64,000 nt of DNA, from positions 2,944,001-3,008,000 of the forward strand of contig CAWCKH010000004.1 of the NCBI GenBank assembly GCA_963796055.1, written 5' to 3'. The notes beneath the pieces are model-generated. The model did not search any database, was not told where the DNA came from, and was given only the letters and a program-made list of their open reading frames with translations. Made by a program: the position numbers and the translations under genes. The stretch comes from an uncultured delta proteobacterium (lineage in GTDB: Bacteria; Myxococcota; Myxococcia; Myxococcales; Myxococcaceae). Shown in pieces: positions 40,478 through 49,862 of the stretch (position 1 is the stretch's first letter; each line of letters opens with the position of its first letter).

Positions 40478-40864
40478 ATGATGAAGCTCATCCTCTCCGT
40501 ATTTCTCTTTACCTTCGGCTTTGCCGCGGCAGCGCATGGCCAGCAAGTGAATACACTCCTTACGAAAAAGCTGCCGGAAGCACCGGGTAAAGAGATTGAA
40601 GTCATTACTGTCAATTACGCCCCAGGAGCCGTCGATGCGATCCACCGGCATGATGCGCATGCGGTTGTCTATGTTCTCGAAGGGGAAGTTGAGATGCAGG
40701 TTCGTGGAGGCACGCTTCAGCGGCTTGGTCCCGGGCAGGTATTTTACGAATCACCTGAAGACGTTCATACCATAAGCCGTAACGCGAGTAAGACGAAACC
40801 AGCGAAGTTCGTCGTATTTTTTGTCAAAACTGAAGGAGCACCGATTCTCACTCCAGTTCACTAG
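40478..40864 (+). CDS. Secreted cupin-domain protein
   Basis: Signal peptide; HRHDAH...YVLEGE, FYE...H. Confidence 0.85.
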   Translation: MMKLILSVFLFTFGFAAAAHGQQVNTLLTKKLPEAPGKEIEVITVNYAPGAVDAIHRHDAHAVVYVLEGEVEMQVRGGTLQRLGPGQVFYESPEDVHTISRNASKTKPAKFVVFFVKTEGAPILTPVH

Positions 40865-40937
40865 CTTCGGACGCGAGCATTTTATTCCCCGATGAAACCA
40901 TTGTGCCTAAGGCAATATTACTTACGCGGAGGCACGT

Positions 40938-41402
40938 ATGAATTCAAAAACCGCGCAACTCACCGAGAATTGGACAGAGATTGTCCGTCTGTTCGCACGG
41001 CTTGCGCTAGGAGCTTCCTTTCTATCCGCTGTGGCTGATCGTTTTGGCTTATGGGGCCCATATGGAGCAAAGAACGTATCCTGGGGAGATTTCGCTCATT
41101 TCGTGGAGTACGCGGGCGCGGTGACGTCTCTCTTCCCCAGTTCATTGACGGTGTCGTTTGCATGGGCAGCTACCGTCGGGGAGACACTCTTTGGAATATT
41201 GCTCATCGCAGGCTTCAAAATACGAATGGCCTCCGTCCTCTCCGGTCTTCTCCTTTTGTCATTTGCTATGGGCATGGTCACAGGTCTTGGCATCAAGACG
41301 CCATTCGACTATTCGGTGTTCTCGGCGGCCGCTGCAGCATTCTTGCTGGCGTTCTGTGAGCCTGACAGATTCACGTTGGATAAGCTTCTGAATCGAGCAT
41401 GA
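40938..41402 (+). CDS. DoxX-family membrane protein
   Basis: [20 protein letters not shown]...E...GILLIAG. Confidence 0.8.
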   Translation: MNSKTAQLTENWTEIVRLFARLALGASFLSAVADRFGLWGPYGAKNVSWGDFAHFVEYAGAVTSLFPSSLTVSFAWAATVGETLFGILLIAGFKIRMASVLSGLLLLSFAMGMVTGLGIKTPFDYSVFSAAAAAFLLAFCEPDRFTLDKLLNRA

Positions 41403-41455
41403 AACTAATAGCTTATATTCCAGTGAGGAGACAAATGACTGAGGAGTCAATTCCT

Positions 41456-41599
41456 ATGAAACTGACTTGGCACGGCCATTCCGCATTTCGCATCGAGGCG
41501 GGCGCGGCCAAGATTTTGATCGATCCGTTCCTGTCCGATAACCCGTCCTGGGACAAAGGATGGAGCGGCTACCTTGCAGGCAAGAACTCGACACATTGA
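41456..41599 (+). pseudogene. N-terminal fragment of a metallo-beta-lactamase-fold hydrolase
   Basis: [14 protein letters not shown]...[11 protein letters not shown] then stop. Confidence 0.75.
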
Positions 41600-41607
41600 G
41601 GTGACCG

Positions 41608-42552
41608 ATGAAAGCGATCGTGGTGACGGATCAGGCTGCGGGAACGGCCGGGATGAAGCTGGTGGAGCGGCCCGAGCCGCAGGGGGCGGCGCTCGCCAGC
41701 CTCTCGGGCGCGAATTACGGCGATGTCGTTGTTCAGGTTCATGCGTCGGGATTCACCGGGGATGAGCTGTCGTGGCCCTCGACCTGGATCGACCGCCTCG
41801 GCCGTGACCGGACGCCTTCGATCCCCGGGCACGAGCTGGCCGGAGTGGTCACCGCCCTCAGCCATGGAACGACGGGGCTGTCGGTGGGACAGCGGGTGTT
41901 CGGCCTCACGGACTGGACTCGCGACGGAACACTGGCGGAGTATGTAGCCGTCGAGGCACGCAACCTCGCGCCGCTGCCGGGCGACGTTGACTTCACGGTG
42001 GGCGCGGCCCTTGTGATGCCGGGCCTGACCGCGTGGCAGGGGCTGTTCGAGCACGGCCGCCTTCGTGCGGGGCAGAGCGTCCTCGTGCACGGTGCGGCCG
42101 GCGTAGTCGGTTCGATGGCGACCCAGCTCGCACGTGAGGCCGGCGCGTACGTCATCGGCACCGGACGCGCTGGCGGCCGTCAGACGGCTCTCGACTTCGG
42201 CGCGCAGGAGTTCGTCGACCTCGACAACGACGCCCTAGAAGATGTCGGCGGGGTCGATCTGGTTTTCGATGTCCTCGGCGGCGACATCGGGAAGCGGTCT
42301 GCGGGCGTGATTCGCGCCGGAGGAACGCTGGTGACCATCGCCGGCCCGACCGAGGCGCGGCCCGCTGACGGCCTGACTATCGACTTCGTCGTCGTACCCG
42401 ATCGCGCCCAACTGAGTGAGATCGTCCGGCGGGTCCGGGATGGTGGGCTGCGGACAAACATCGGCAACGTGGCTGCCCTCGACGATGCCGTCGCCGCCTT
42501 CAACCCGACCGGGCGACGCAAGGGGAAGACGATCATCCGCGTTCGTCCGTGA
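41608..42552 (+). CDS. NADPH:quinone oxidoreductase-like MDR protein (paralog of 36976..37911)
   Basis: IPGHELAG, LTAWQGLF, VHGAAGVVG, GKTII. Confidence 0.9.
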   Translation: MKAIVVTDQAAGTAGMKLVERPEPQGAALASLSGANYGDVVVQVHASGFTGDELSWPSTWIDRLGRDRTPSIPGHELAGVVTALSHGTTGLSVGQRVFGLTDWTRDGTLAEYVAVEARNLAPLPGDVDFTVGAALVMPGLTAWQGLFEHGRLRAGQSVLVHGAAGVVGSMATQLAREAGAYVIGTGRAGGRQTALDFGAQEFVDLDNDALEDVGGVDLVFDVLGGDIGKRSAGVIRAGGTLVTIAGPTEARPADGLTIDFVVVPDRAQLSEIVRRVRDGGLRTNIGNVAALDDAVAAFNPTGRRKGKTIIRVRP

Positions 42553-43386
42553 GAAGCCGACGGGTGAATCCGCAAGTCCGGCCAACGTTTGCGGCCGGGT
42601 CCCCATCAAGATTGCGTAGCCCAGGTGTTTGGCGAACGTGACGAGCTGTTCGCAGGCCTTTCGCTCGTCGGCGGGGAGACCTGCTGGCGGTGGTTCTCCA
42701 CCGAAGAGTGCCGCCTTCAAGATCTCGACCGGGACTCCCCCCGGCATGTTGGTGTGAATTCCGAGCAGTTCCGGCGGCGCCTCTGCACCGATCAGATCTG
42801 TGACCACCGCGCCCCAGTCACCGCTTTGCGCCACGAACTGCACGTACCCCAGGCGCTTCATGAGAACGATCCAGGCACGGGCGATGCGGACAGGATCCCA
42901 TCCGGTCGTAGTCGGCTTGCCCGAAAATCCGAGCCCGGCATCGAGGGAATCACCACGTCGAAGGAGTCCGATGCGCTTGCACCATGTGCCGTCGGATTGG
43001 TCAACGGATCGATGATCTTCAGCTGCTCGATGAACGAACCCGGCCACCCATGTGTGACGATGAGCGGCAGCGCATTCTCATGCTTCGAGCGAGCATGAAT
43101 GTAATGAATGTCTAACCCATCGATCTCGGTAATGAAATGCGGCAGTGACTTGAGTGGAGCTTGGCATCTGCACCAGTCGTATTCTGTCGCCCAGTAGCGG
43201 GCGAGCTTCTGGATCGTCGCACGCTGCGAGCCTTGCGACAAATCAGTGACCGTTTCGCGCTCCGGCCACCTCGTTGCCCTGATACGGCTGCGCAGCTCGG
43301 TGATCTCCTCTTCTGGAAAAGATGGGAACAGGAAAGGGACGAATATCGGTGGTGTCGCTACCAGCTTGCTTCGTGCCGTGAGCCAT
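42553..43386 (-). pseudogene. Epoxide hydrolase pseudogene
   Basis: IRPF, IDGLDIHYIH, THGWPGS, QSGDWG over three frames; 3' end truncated at LADSPVG. Confidence 0.85.
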
Positions 43387-43808
43387 CGCTTGAGACCTTT
43401 CTCCAGCGCCGAGACGACCGGGCGGCCCGGTTGCCCCCGGCGCGGGTCGGTATGCCCTCCCTGCGACGAGGCACAACCGCGCGGCGTGACACTGTGCGAC
43501 TGCGTACAATGCAGGCCAGTCGCGACCACCCCATCCCAGCATTCCGCCGGCTGACCCCTACGGGCGGCACGGCGTCCTCCGGGCGGTCCAGACGGAGCGC
43601 GAACCCCCCGAAGGCCTCGGGTGAAATCGCCGAGGAACCCCTGCGCACGAGAATGCCGGGCAATAGCCGGTAGCCGTGCTCAGGCCTAGCCGGCCGCCAC
43701 CCCCCGGACCGAGAACAGTCGCCCTGCCCGCCGTCAAGCGCGCTGAAGCGTGCTTCCGCGCCTTCATCGATCTAAGGGGTCATTCCAGCCCGTGCGAGGA
43801 GTACACTC

Positions 43809-44408
43809 ATGTCGCCACCTGTGTTCCAAGGACGGCCCCGCGACCAGGCAGCAGCGGATCGCCTTCCGCCTGGCCAGTACGTGACTCGAGACTTTCCTGT
43901 CTTGTCGGCCGGCCCCACGCCTCGAACGGCGCTTGCAGATTGGACGTTCTCGATCAGCGGAGAGATTGCGAAGCCAAAGCAGTGGACCTGGGAAGAGTTC
44001 CACAAGCTGCCCAGCGAGACGATCACGCGAGACATTCACTGCGTGACCAAGTGGAGCAAGTTCGACACGGTGTGGGAAGGCGTGCCCGTGGACACGTTGT
44101 TGAAGGGGATCAACACGACTGCCGGGTACCTGATGGCGTTCTCCGACGGTGGCTACACGACGAATCTACCACTGGCGGACGTGATGGACGGAAAGGCCTG
44201 GGTGGCCTTCGCGTTCGGTGGTTCTCCGCTCGCTCCGGAACATGGTGGCCCCGCGCGACTTCTGGTGCCGCACCTCTACTTCTGGAAGAGCGCCAAATGG
44301 TTGCGCGGACTCCGCTTCATGGCCCGAGACGAACCTGGATTTTGGGAGATGTACGGCTACCACATGTACGGGGACCCATGGCGGGAGCAACGCTACAGCG
44401 GCGACTGA
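43809..44408 (+). CDS. Sulfite-oxidase-like molybdopterin oxidoreductase (no signal peptide)
   Basis: RLPPGQ, DIHCVTKWS, EHGGPARL, WKSAKW, GFWE.YGYH. Confidence 0.92.
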   Translation: MSPPVFQGRPRDQAAADRLPPGQYVTRDFPVLSAGPTPRTALADWTFSISGEIAKPKQWTWEEFHKLPSETITRDIHCVTKWSKFDTVWEGVPVDTLLKGINTTAGYLMAFSDGGYTTNLPLADVMDGKAWVAFAFGGSPLAPEHGGPARLLVPHLYFWKSAKWLRGLRFMARDEPGFWEMYGYHMYGDPWREQRYSGD

Positions 44409-45133
44409 CCTGGCTCCAGGCACGACTCAGCAGGCGTCTGGATGAGACGCCACGCGCGAAGACTCTGGTCCTGGATGTGCCCGGCTGGCCGGGCCACATG
44501 GCAGGCCAACACGTGGACGTCCGCCTCACCGCGGCCGATGGCTATCAAGCTCAACGCAGCTACTCCATCGCATCGCCGCCCGACGACCACGACCAGCTGT
44601 CACTGACCGTCGAGCGCATCGAGAACGGAGAGGTTTCGCCGTACCTGACCGACGTGCTCGCGGAGGGTGAGCAACTGGAGCTGCGCGGACCCATTGGCGG
44701 CTACTTCGTCTGGTCGACAGAGTCGGGCGGGCCGCTGTCCCTGATTGCCGGCGGCTCGGGCGTTTGCCCCCTCATGGCCATGATCCGGCAGCGCGCAGCG
44801 CGGGGAAGCCATGTGCCAACGCGTCTGTTGTACTCAGCACGTTCGCTGGAAGAGATCATTTACAAGCAAGAGCTCGACCAGCTGGCTGAGCGCGCCGATG
44901 GCCTCGAGGTTTTCTACACATTGACCCGGAGCCAGCCACCTGGCTGGCGTGGCGGCTCCAGACGGATCGATCGCGCCATGCTCGCCGAGGTCGGTTTTGG
45001 GGCCGAGCAACTCCCGCTGTGCATGGTCTGTGGGCCAACCCCGCTCGTGGAGGCAGTCGCCAGCACGTTGGTGGAGCTGGGCCACCGGCCAGACCGTGTG
45101 AAAACGGAGAGGTTCGGACCCACTGGAGGTTAG
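44378..45133 (+). CDS. Ferredoxin-NAD(P) reductase-like flavoprotein
   Basis: RSYSIAS, GEVSPYL, RGPIGG, AGGSGV, VCGP, ERFG. Confidence 0.9.
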   Translation: MAGATLQRRLTWLQARLSRRLDETPRAKTLVLDVPGWPGHMAGQHVDVRLTAADGYQAQRSYSIASPPDDHDQLSLTVERIENGEVSPYLTDVLAEGEQLELRGPIGGYFVWSTESGGPLSLIAGGSGVCPLMAMIRQRAARGSHVPTRLLYSARSLEEIIYKQELDQLAERADGLEVFYTLTRSQPPGWRGGSRRIDRAMLAEVGFGAEQLPLCMVCGPTPLVEAVASTLVELGHRPDRVKTERFGPTGG

Positions 45134-45135
45134 GG

Positions 45136-45408
45136 ATGGACGAGACTCAGCTGAGGTTGGACGGCAACGCGGCGGCCGGGATCTTCCGAGAGCTGTTCGT
45201 GCACGAGATGACCGTTTCGCGCGGTGCCTGCGCCTCCTGCGGGTCGATCGCGCAGATGGGCGCACAGGAGCTGTACATGTTCCCCCTCTCGCCAGGTGCG
45301 GTTCTTCGCTGCAACCGCTGTCACGGGGTTCTGATGGTCGTCGTTCATGGCGGCGGACGCTATCGGGTGGGACTGCAAGGACTCTCCTGGTTGGAAATAC
45401 CGGAGTGA
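45136..45408 (+). CDS. DUF6510-like small CxxC/CxxC protein
   Basis: LDGNAAAG...CASCG...PGAVLRCNRC. Confidence 0.75.
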   Translation: MDETQLRLDGNAAAGIFRELFVHEMTVSRGACASCGSIAQMGAQELYMFPLSPGAVLRCNRCHGVLMVVVHGGGRYRVGLQGLSWLEIPE

Positions 45409-46370
45409 CGAGCGCTCCGACCCGAGAGCTCGGGCGCACCGGACTCGCCGTCAGCCGAATGGGGCTTGGGCTCGCCGCGGTGGGGCGCCCCGCGTACATC
45501 ACACTGGGCCGCTCGACCGATCTGGGCGCAGACCGGACCGTCGCGGCAATGCGAACCCGGTCGCACGCACTGCTCGATGCGGCATACGCAGCCGGGGTTC
45601 GCTACGTGGACGTGGCACGCTCCTATGGTCGCGCCGAGGAATTCCTCGCTGAGTCTCTCTCGACACACGACGTGCCTGGGGCGGTGACCGTCGGCTCCAA
45701 GTGGGGTTATCGCTACACCGGCGACTGGCGCCTCGACGTGAAGGTTCAGGAGGTGAAGGATTTGAGCGTCGACAATCTCCGCCGCCAGTTTGCCGAATCG
45801 CGAGCCCTGCTGGGAGATCATCTACGGCTGTACCAGGTCCACTCGGCCACGCTCGAAAGCCGCGTCCTGGAGGATGCCTCCGTTCTAGCCGAGCTCCGGC
45901 GGATCAAAGAAACGGGCCTGGCGATTGGATTGACTGTCACGGGTCCGCGTCAATCCGAGACCATCGAGCGCGCGCTCGCCGTTGGTTTGTTCGACACGGT
46001 GCAGGTCACCTGGAACCTTCTGGAGTGCTCGGCCACCCACGCGCTCGAGCGGGCACACGCGGCGGGAGTGGGCGTCGTCATCAAGGAGGCGCTCGCCAAC
46101 GGGCGGCTGACGGCGGCTGGCGAGGAACGAGCACTGTTCGACGTGGCCCGCGAGCTCGAGGTCGCCCCGGACGTGATTGCTCTGGCGGCCGTGCTCAATC
46201 AGCCCTGGTCGGACGTCGTCCTCAGTGGAGCCGTCACGCCCGAGCAGCTCGTCAGCAACCTGGCGGCCCTGGATGTCGTGGTCGACGACTGGTTGCAGGC
46301 ACGCCTGGGACGTCTGGCCGAGCCCGCGGAGCGTTACTGGTCGGAGCGATCCCGATTGCCCTGGGTGTAA
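45405..46370 (+). CDS. Aldo/keto reductase
   Basis: DVARSYG.AE, GSKWG, YQVHS, IKEALANG. Confidence 0.88.
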   Translation: MTSAPTRELGRTGLAVSRMGLGLAAVGRPAYITLGRSTDLGADRTVAAMRTRSHALLDAAYAAGVRYVDVARSYGRAEEFLAESLSTHDVPGAVTVGSKWGYRYTGDWRLDVKVQEVKDLSVDNLRRQFAESRALLGDHLRLYQVHSATLESRVLEDASVLAELRRIKETGLAIGLTVTGPRQSETIERALAVGLFDTVQVTWNLLECSATHALERAHAAGVGVVIKEALANGRLTAAGEERALFDVARELEVAPDVIALAAVLNQPWSDVVLSGAVTPEQLVSNLAALDVVVDDWLQARLGRLAEPAERYWSERSRLPWV

Positions 46371-46385
46371 GGATCGACTGCAGCC

Positions 46386-46601
46386 ATGGATGGATACTGG
46401 ACGCCACGAATCCTGTACGTCTCTCGTGAGTTCTGGAAGCCGGGTCATGACGCCCAGCTGAACCGGATCGAAGCCGAAGGCGCGCGCGTGTGCATTGGCC
46501 TCGGGGTCCCGCGTCCGTACCTGGGCATCGAGTCGCTGACCGGCTCGAAGGAGGTCTGGTACCTCAATGGATTCGCCTCGGCCGGGCAACTGGCCAAAGT
46601 C
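46386..46601 (+). pseudogene. Hypothetical gene truncated by IS end
   Basis: Coding-like 72 codons run directly into the IS-end repeat at 46602. Confidence 0.5.
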
Positions 46602-46877
46602 AGGTCCAAGGAAGAACAAACCGGGCTTTCGTGGCGGAGGCCCGGGCAGGGGTCCGAGTCGCCGGGCCGGAGTGGGCAGGACGAGGCTGCCGGGAAGGGT
46701 GCGGCGGGGCGCTCACCCGTTGGAGGGTAGAGCAGTCCCAGGGCCGTGGTCGGGCCGGGGCGAGTCTCGAACCTCGGACGGCACCTACCAGAGGCCGAGC
46801 TGGGGCGGGGAGGTTGGCCGGAGCGAGCGGAAGCGGCCTGGAGGGGAGCCGCAAGTGCTCGAGGATGGCCTGGGCCG
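46602..46877 (-). mobile_element. Second copy of IS91/ISCR-like downstream (oriIS-like) end with transposase C-terminus
   Basis: Aligns with about 47492-47768; both start AGGTCCAAGGAAGAACAAA; encodes AILEHLRLP...PPQLGLW. Confidence 0.85.
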
Positions 46878-46993
46878 TCGAGACCTCCAGGACGCGGCGA
46901 GGAGCACCGTGGGGAAGGTTCTCGAGATCGCCGCCGCCGCGCGCACCCAGGCTGCTCGGCGGATGGGCACTGCGTGTTTCCCCGGGTGCTGAT

Positions 46994-47275
46994 TCAGCCC
47001 TGGTCGTCCCACGCGAAGACGTATTCGTCCTCGGACGTGTACACGACCAGCCCGGCCACGGGCTTCCCGGACGCGCCCGCCACCTCGCCGGCGAAGATGC
47101 TTCCGGCCTCCCAGGGGTTCCTGGGCAGCGAGTGCTCCTCGAGGAACTCCCGGGCCTGATCCTCGACCCAGCGCCGCGCGCTCATGAGCGCCGCCCCTGC
47201 GTCCGGGTCGCCGGGAAACGTCTTCGCGCGCGGAGGAACCGTCCCGACCTGGGCGCTGTACGAGGTGCTCATCAC
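46994..47275 (-). CDS. Hypothetical protein between IS ends
   Basis: AAGGAG RBS, 93-aa coding-like ORF. Confidence 0.55.
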   Translation of the reverse strand: MMSTSYSAQVGTVPPRAKTFPGDPDAGAALMSARRWVEDQAREFLEEHSLPRNPWEAGSIFAGEVAGASGKPVAGLVVYTSEDEYVFAWDDQG

Positions 47276-47491
47276 GGGCTCCTTTCCCCGAGTGCTACCA
47301 CGAAGCCAATCTCACCCGTGGCGGCGGATGAACTCCCCCGCCTGCCCGAGCGCCTCGCGGCCGGCCGCCAGCCCAGCGTTCCACACCGGCCACGCACGGA
47401 TCATGTGCGGCCACATACGTCCTCCGTTCAGGGGGTCCGCATCTCCGTCACCAGCCGTCCCGCCCCGTACACCTTCTCCAGTCCCTCGAGG

Positions 47492-49050
47492 AGGTCCAAG
47501 GAAGAACAAACGGGGCCTTCGTGGCGGAGGCCCGGGCAGGGGACCCGAGTCGCCGGGCCGGAGGGGGCAGGACGAGGCTGCCGGAAAGGGCTCGGCGGAG
47601 GTGGTGACCCGTCGGAGGGTAGAGCAGTCCCGGGGCGGTGGTCAGGCGGGGGCGAGTCTCGAACGTCGGACGGCACTCACCAGAGGCCGAGCTGGGGCGG
47701 GGAGGTGGCCGGGGCAAGGGGAAGCGGCCTGGAGGGGAGCCGCAGGTGCTCGAGGATGGCCCGGGCCGCCCGAGGAACGGAGAACGACTGCCACGACGCG
47801 GCGGGTGCCCCCGCAGCGAGGGCAGGCGAGGACGTCGGTCTGGAAGGTCCGCTTGAGGAGCTCGGCCCAGGGGATGGGGTGGCGAGGCCGAGGGGACCGG
47901 ACAGGCTCCGGCGCCAGGGGGCAGGAAGCTGCCTCGATGAGCGCCGCGGGGGGAGGAGGCGCGGGCACGACGCGGGGACGCACCCGGGCGTTGGGGGCGA
48001 AGACCCCGAAGTAGCGGACGCGGGTTGGCCCTGGGGGGCGGGACGAGCGCGGCCACCGGGGCGGAGGAAGGCCACCGGAGCCAGGACGAGGTGCGTCTCT
48101 CCGGTGGGGGAGGCCCGCTTCATCCGGTAGGCGAGCCGGCCGTCAGGCAAGGCCGAGAGTCGCTCCAGCGACAGGGGCCCGCGGGCGCCGCAGTTGCACA
48201 GCCGCTCGAGGCCGACGACGTCATTCTCGTGAAGCCAGGTGTCGGCGTGGAGCGAGAAGCCCTCGGGCGAAGGCACAGCGGCGGGCAGACCGGCGCGCGG
48301 GAGGACGCGGCCCGCTCCGTGGAACCCGGATGCCTTCGAGCTGGAGGACATCGAGCGCTCCATCCGGCACGGCCTGCTCCTCGAGGGCGCCTCGAGCGTG
48401 GAGCAGGCGAAGGACACGACGGGCCACGGTGACGGCGAGTGCCTCCACCTCGGCGTGGGTGGGCCGAGGCAGCGGGTGGAGACGCATTCCGCCCCGTCCA
48501 GTTCCTCGAAGACGGCCTCGGGGACGAGGACGTGGAAGTGGGGCGTCAGCTGCAGCGCCGAGCCGAAGCGCTGGACGAAGGCGACCGCTCCAGTCAGCGG
48601 TCGGGCCACCCCGAGCCGCCGGGCCGCCCGGCGCTGGAAGGTGAGGAGCGCCCGGACGAAGAGCCTCAGCACCTCGGACAGAAGCCGGGCGTCCCTGGCC
48701 AGACAGAAGCGCACCGGCATGGGCAGCGACAGCGTCCACTGGCGGTACGGAGCCCGTGGAAGCACCCGCTCCACGAGGTGGATGGCCGTGCGCCCGGCGC
48801 GCGTTGCAGGAGGGACACACCCCTCGGGACTTGCACGAGAAGGGGACCAGCACCTCGCTCCGGCACGCAGCGCAGGCCAGCCGGGCGAAGCCGTGGGCCA
48901 GCACTCCGCAGCCAAGGTACCGGCTGAAGTCCCGCTCCACGAAGCGCGGGAGACCGCCCCGGTCGGCCGCCTGGGAGAAAGCTGGCGAGGTGGCCGCGCA
49001 CCACCTGGTGCAAGACGGTGCCCTCGACGTCGCGGCGATGGTCGACCGCC
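47492..49050 (-). mobile_element. IS91/ISCR-family rolling-circle element with frameshifted transposase
   Basis: Zn finger (CGVLAHGFARLAC...SCKSRGVCPSC), QRFGS, HUH (HFH), GFSLHA, DVLACPRCGG; several frameshifts; catalytic Y appears mutated to C; upstream boundary not defined. Confidence 0.88.
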
Positions 49051-49242
49051 CCGAGCGCCCGCTTCCCCTCTGGCCCGAGAATGGTCTCGCGCTCCCCGTC
49101 GCCCGCAGCCCCCGCCCGCCGCGCCACCGCCGCAGGCCCTCGTGCAGGCGCCGCGCCAGGAGACGACGGCGGGGCCGCGCTGCACGCGCCGTCCAGTCAC
49201 CTGGACGCCGTCTATGGGAGCTCACATGTGCGCCGGTAATAA

Positions 49243-49475
49243 GAGCGCGACCTTCGGACGGCGCTCCTGAACGGGACCTACGGAACGGCCTCCGAGGTGC
49301 CGACCGTCGCGGACATGTCCATCGCGCTCCTGGAGCGCACGCGCCTCCGCCGGAAGGACTCGACGGGGGTCTTCTACGAGGTTGATGCTCGAGAAGCCCA
49401 TCGTGCCGCGAGAAAACGCGGGTAACCGAGGTGATCCCTGAACGCATCGACCGCTTCGCGCGAGCGATGACCGAT
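49243..49475 (+). pseudogene. Possible tyrosine-integrase N-terminal relic
   Basis: ERDLRTALLNGTYG...VPTVAD...KDST...LEKPIVP...IDRF across frameshifts, directly beside the att core. Confidence 0.4.
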
Positions 49476-49495
49476 GCCAGTTACGTGGGGAATCG

Positions 49496-49517
49496 AGCTG
49501 GGGAACTAGGATTCGAA
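49496..49517. repeat. att core: direct repeat of tRNA-Gln 3' end
   Basis: AGCTGGGGAACTAGGATTCGAA identical to 56476-56497. Confidence 0.95.
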
Positions 49518-49862
49518 AATAGAAACAAGTCCAAGAAGCCCAAGTGACTCCAAGTGGTTACGGGCCAAGCCCGCGGAATGCTTCGACTCGAGTTGCTTGG
49601 GACAGGTCGAGCTGGGTTTCGCCCTGTTGAACGGCCGAGCGCAACACTGGCGCAACATGACTCGGGAGATGAGAATCTTGGACCCGATCGGAGTGGCCAG
49701 CAGCCCAACGGGCACCACTGCGGTTGCTGAGCCGGCCTACCGTGGTACCCGCAGTCGCGCCGTCGATTGGCCGGTCGGTCGGCATCGACTAGCAGTGACG
49801 TCTTGAGCCGGCCGTCTGCGAGTTCGCAGGCGACCGGCCATCGACCGAGCAGGTTGGGTCGG

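Noticed and set aside
43560..43740. Possible extra decayed IS91 N-terminal fragment (GDFTRG...)
   Set aside because: Similarity too weak to separate from chance by eye
49277..49307. Fourth ECF promoter box (TTCCGTAGG on minus strand)
   Set aside because: No TGGCCG at 14-nt spacing; lies in relic coding sequence
49486..49495. TGGGGAATCG matching the tRNA 5' end beside the att core
   Set aside because: Opposite strand to the tRNA fragment, only 10 bp, cannot form a tRNA
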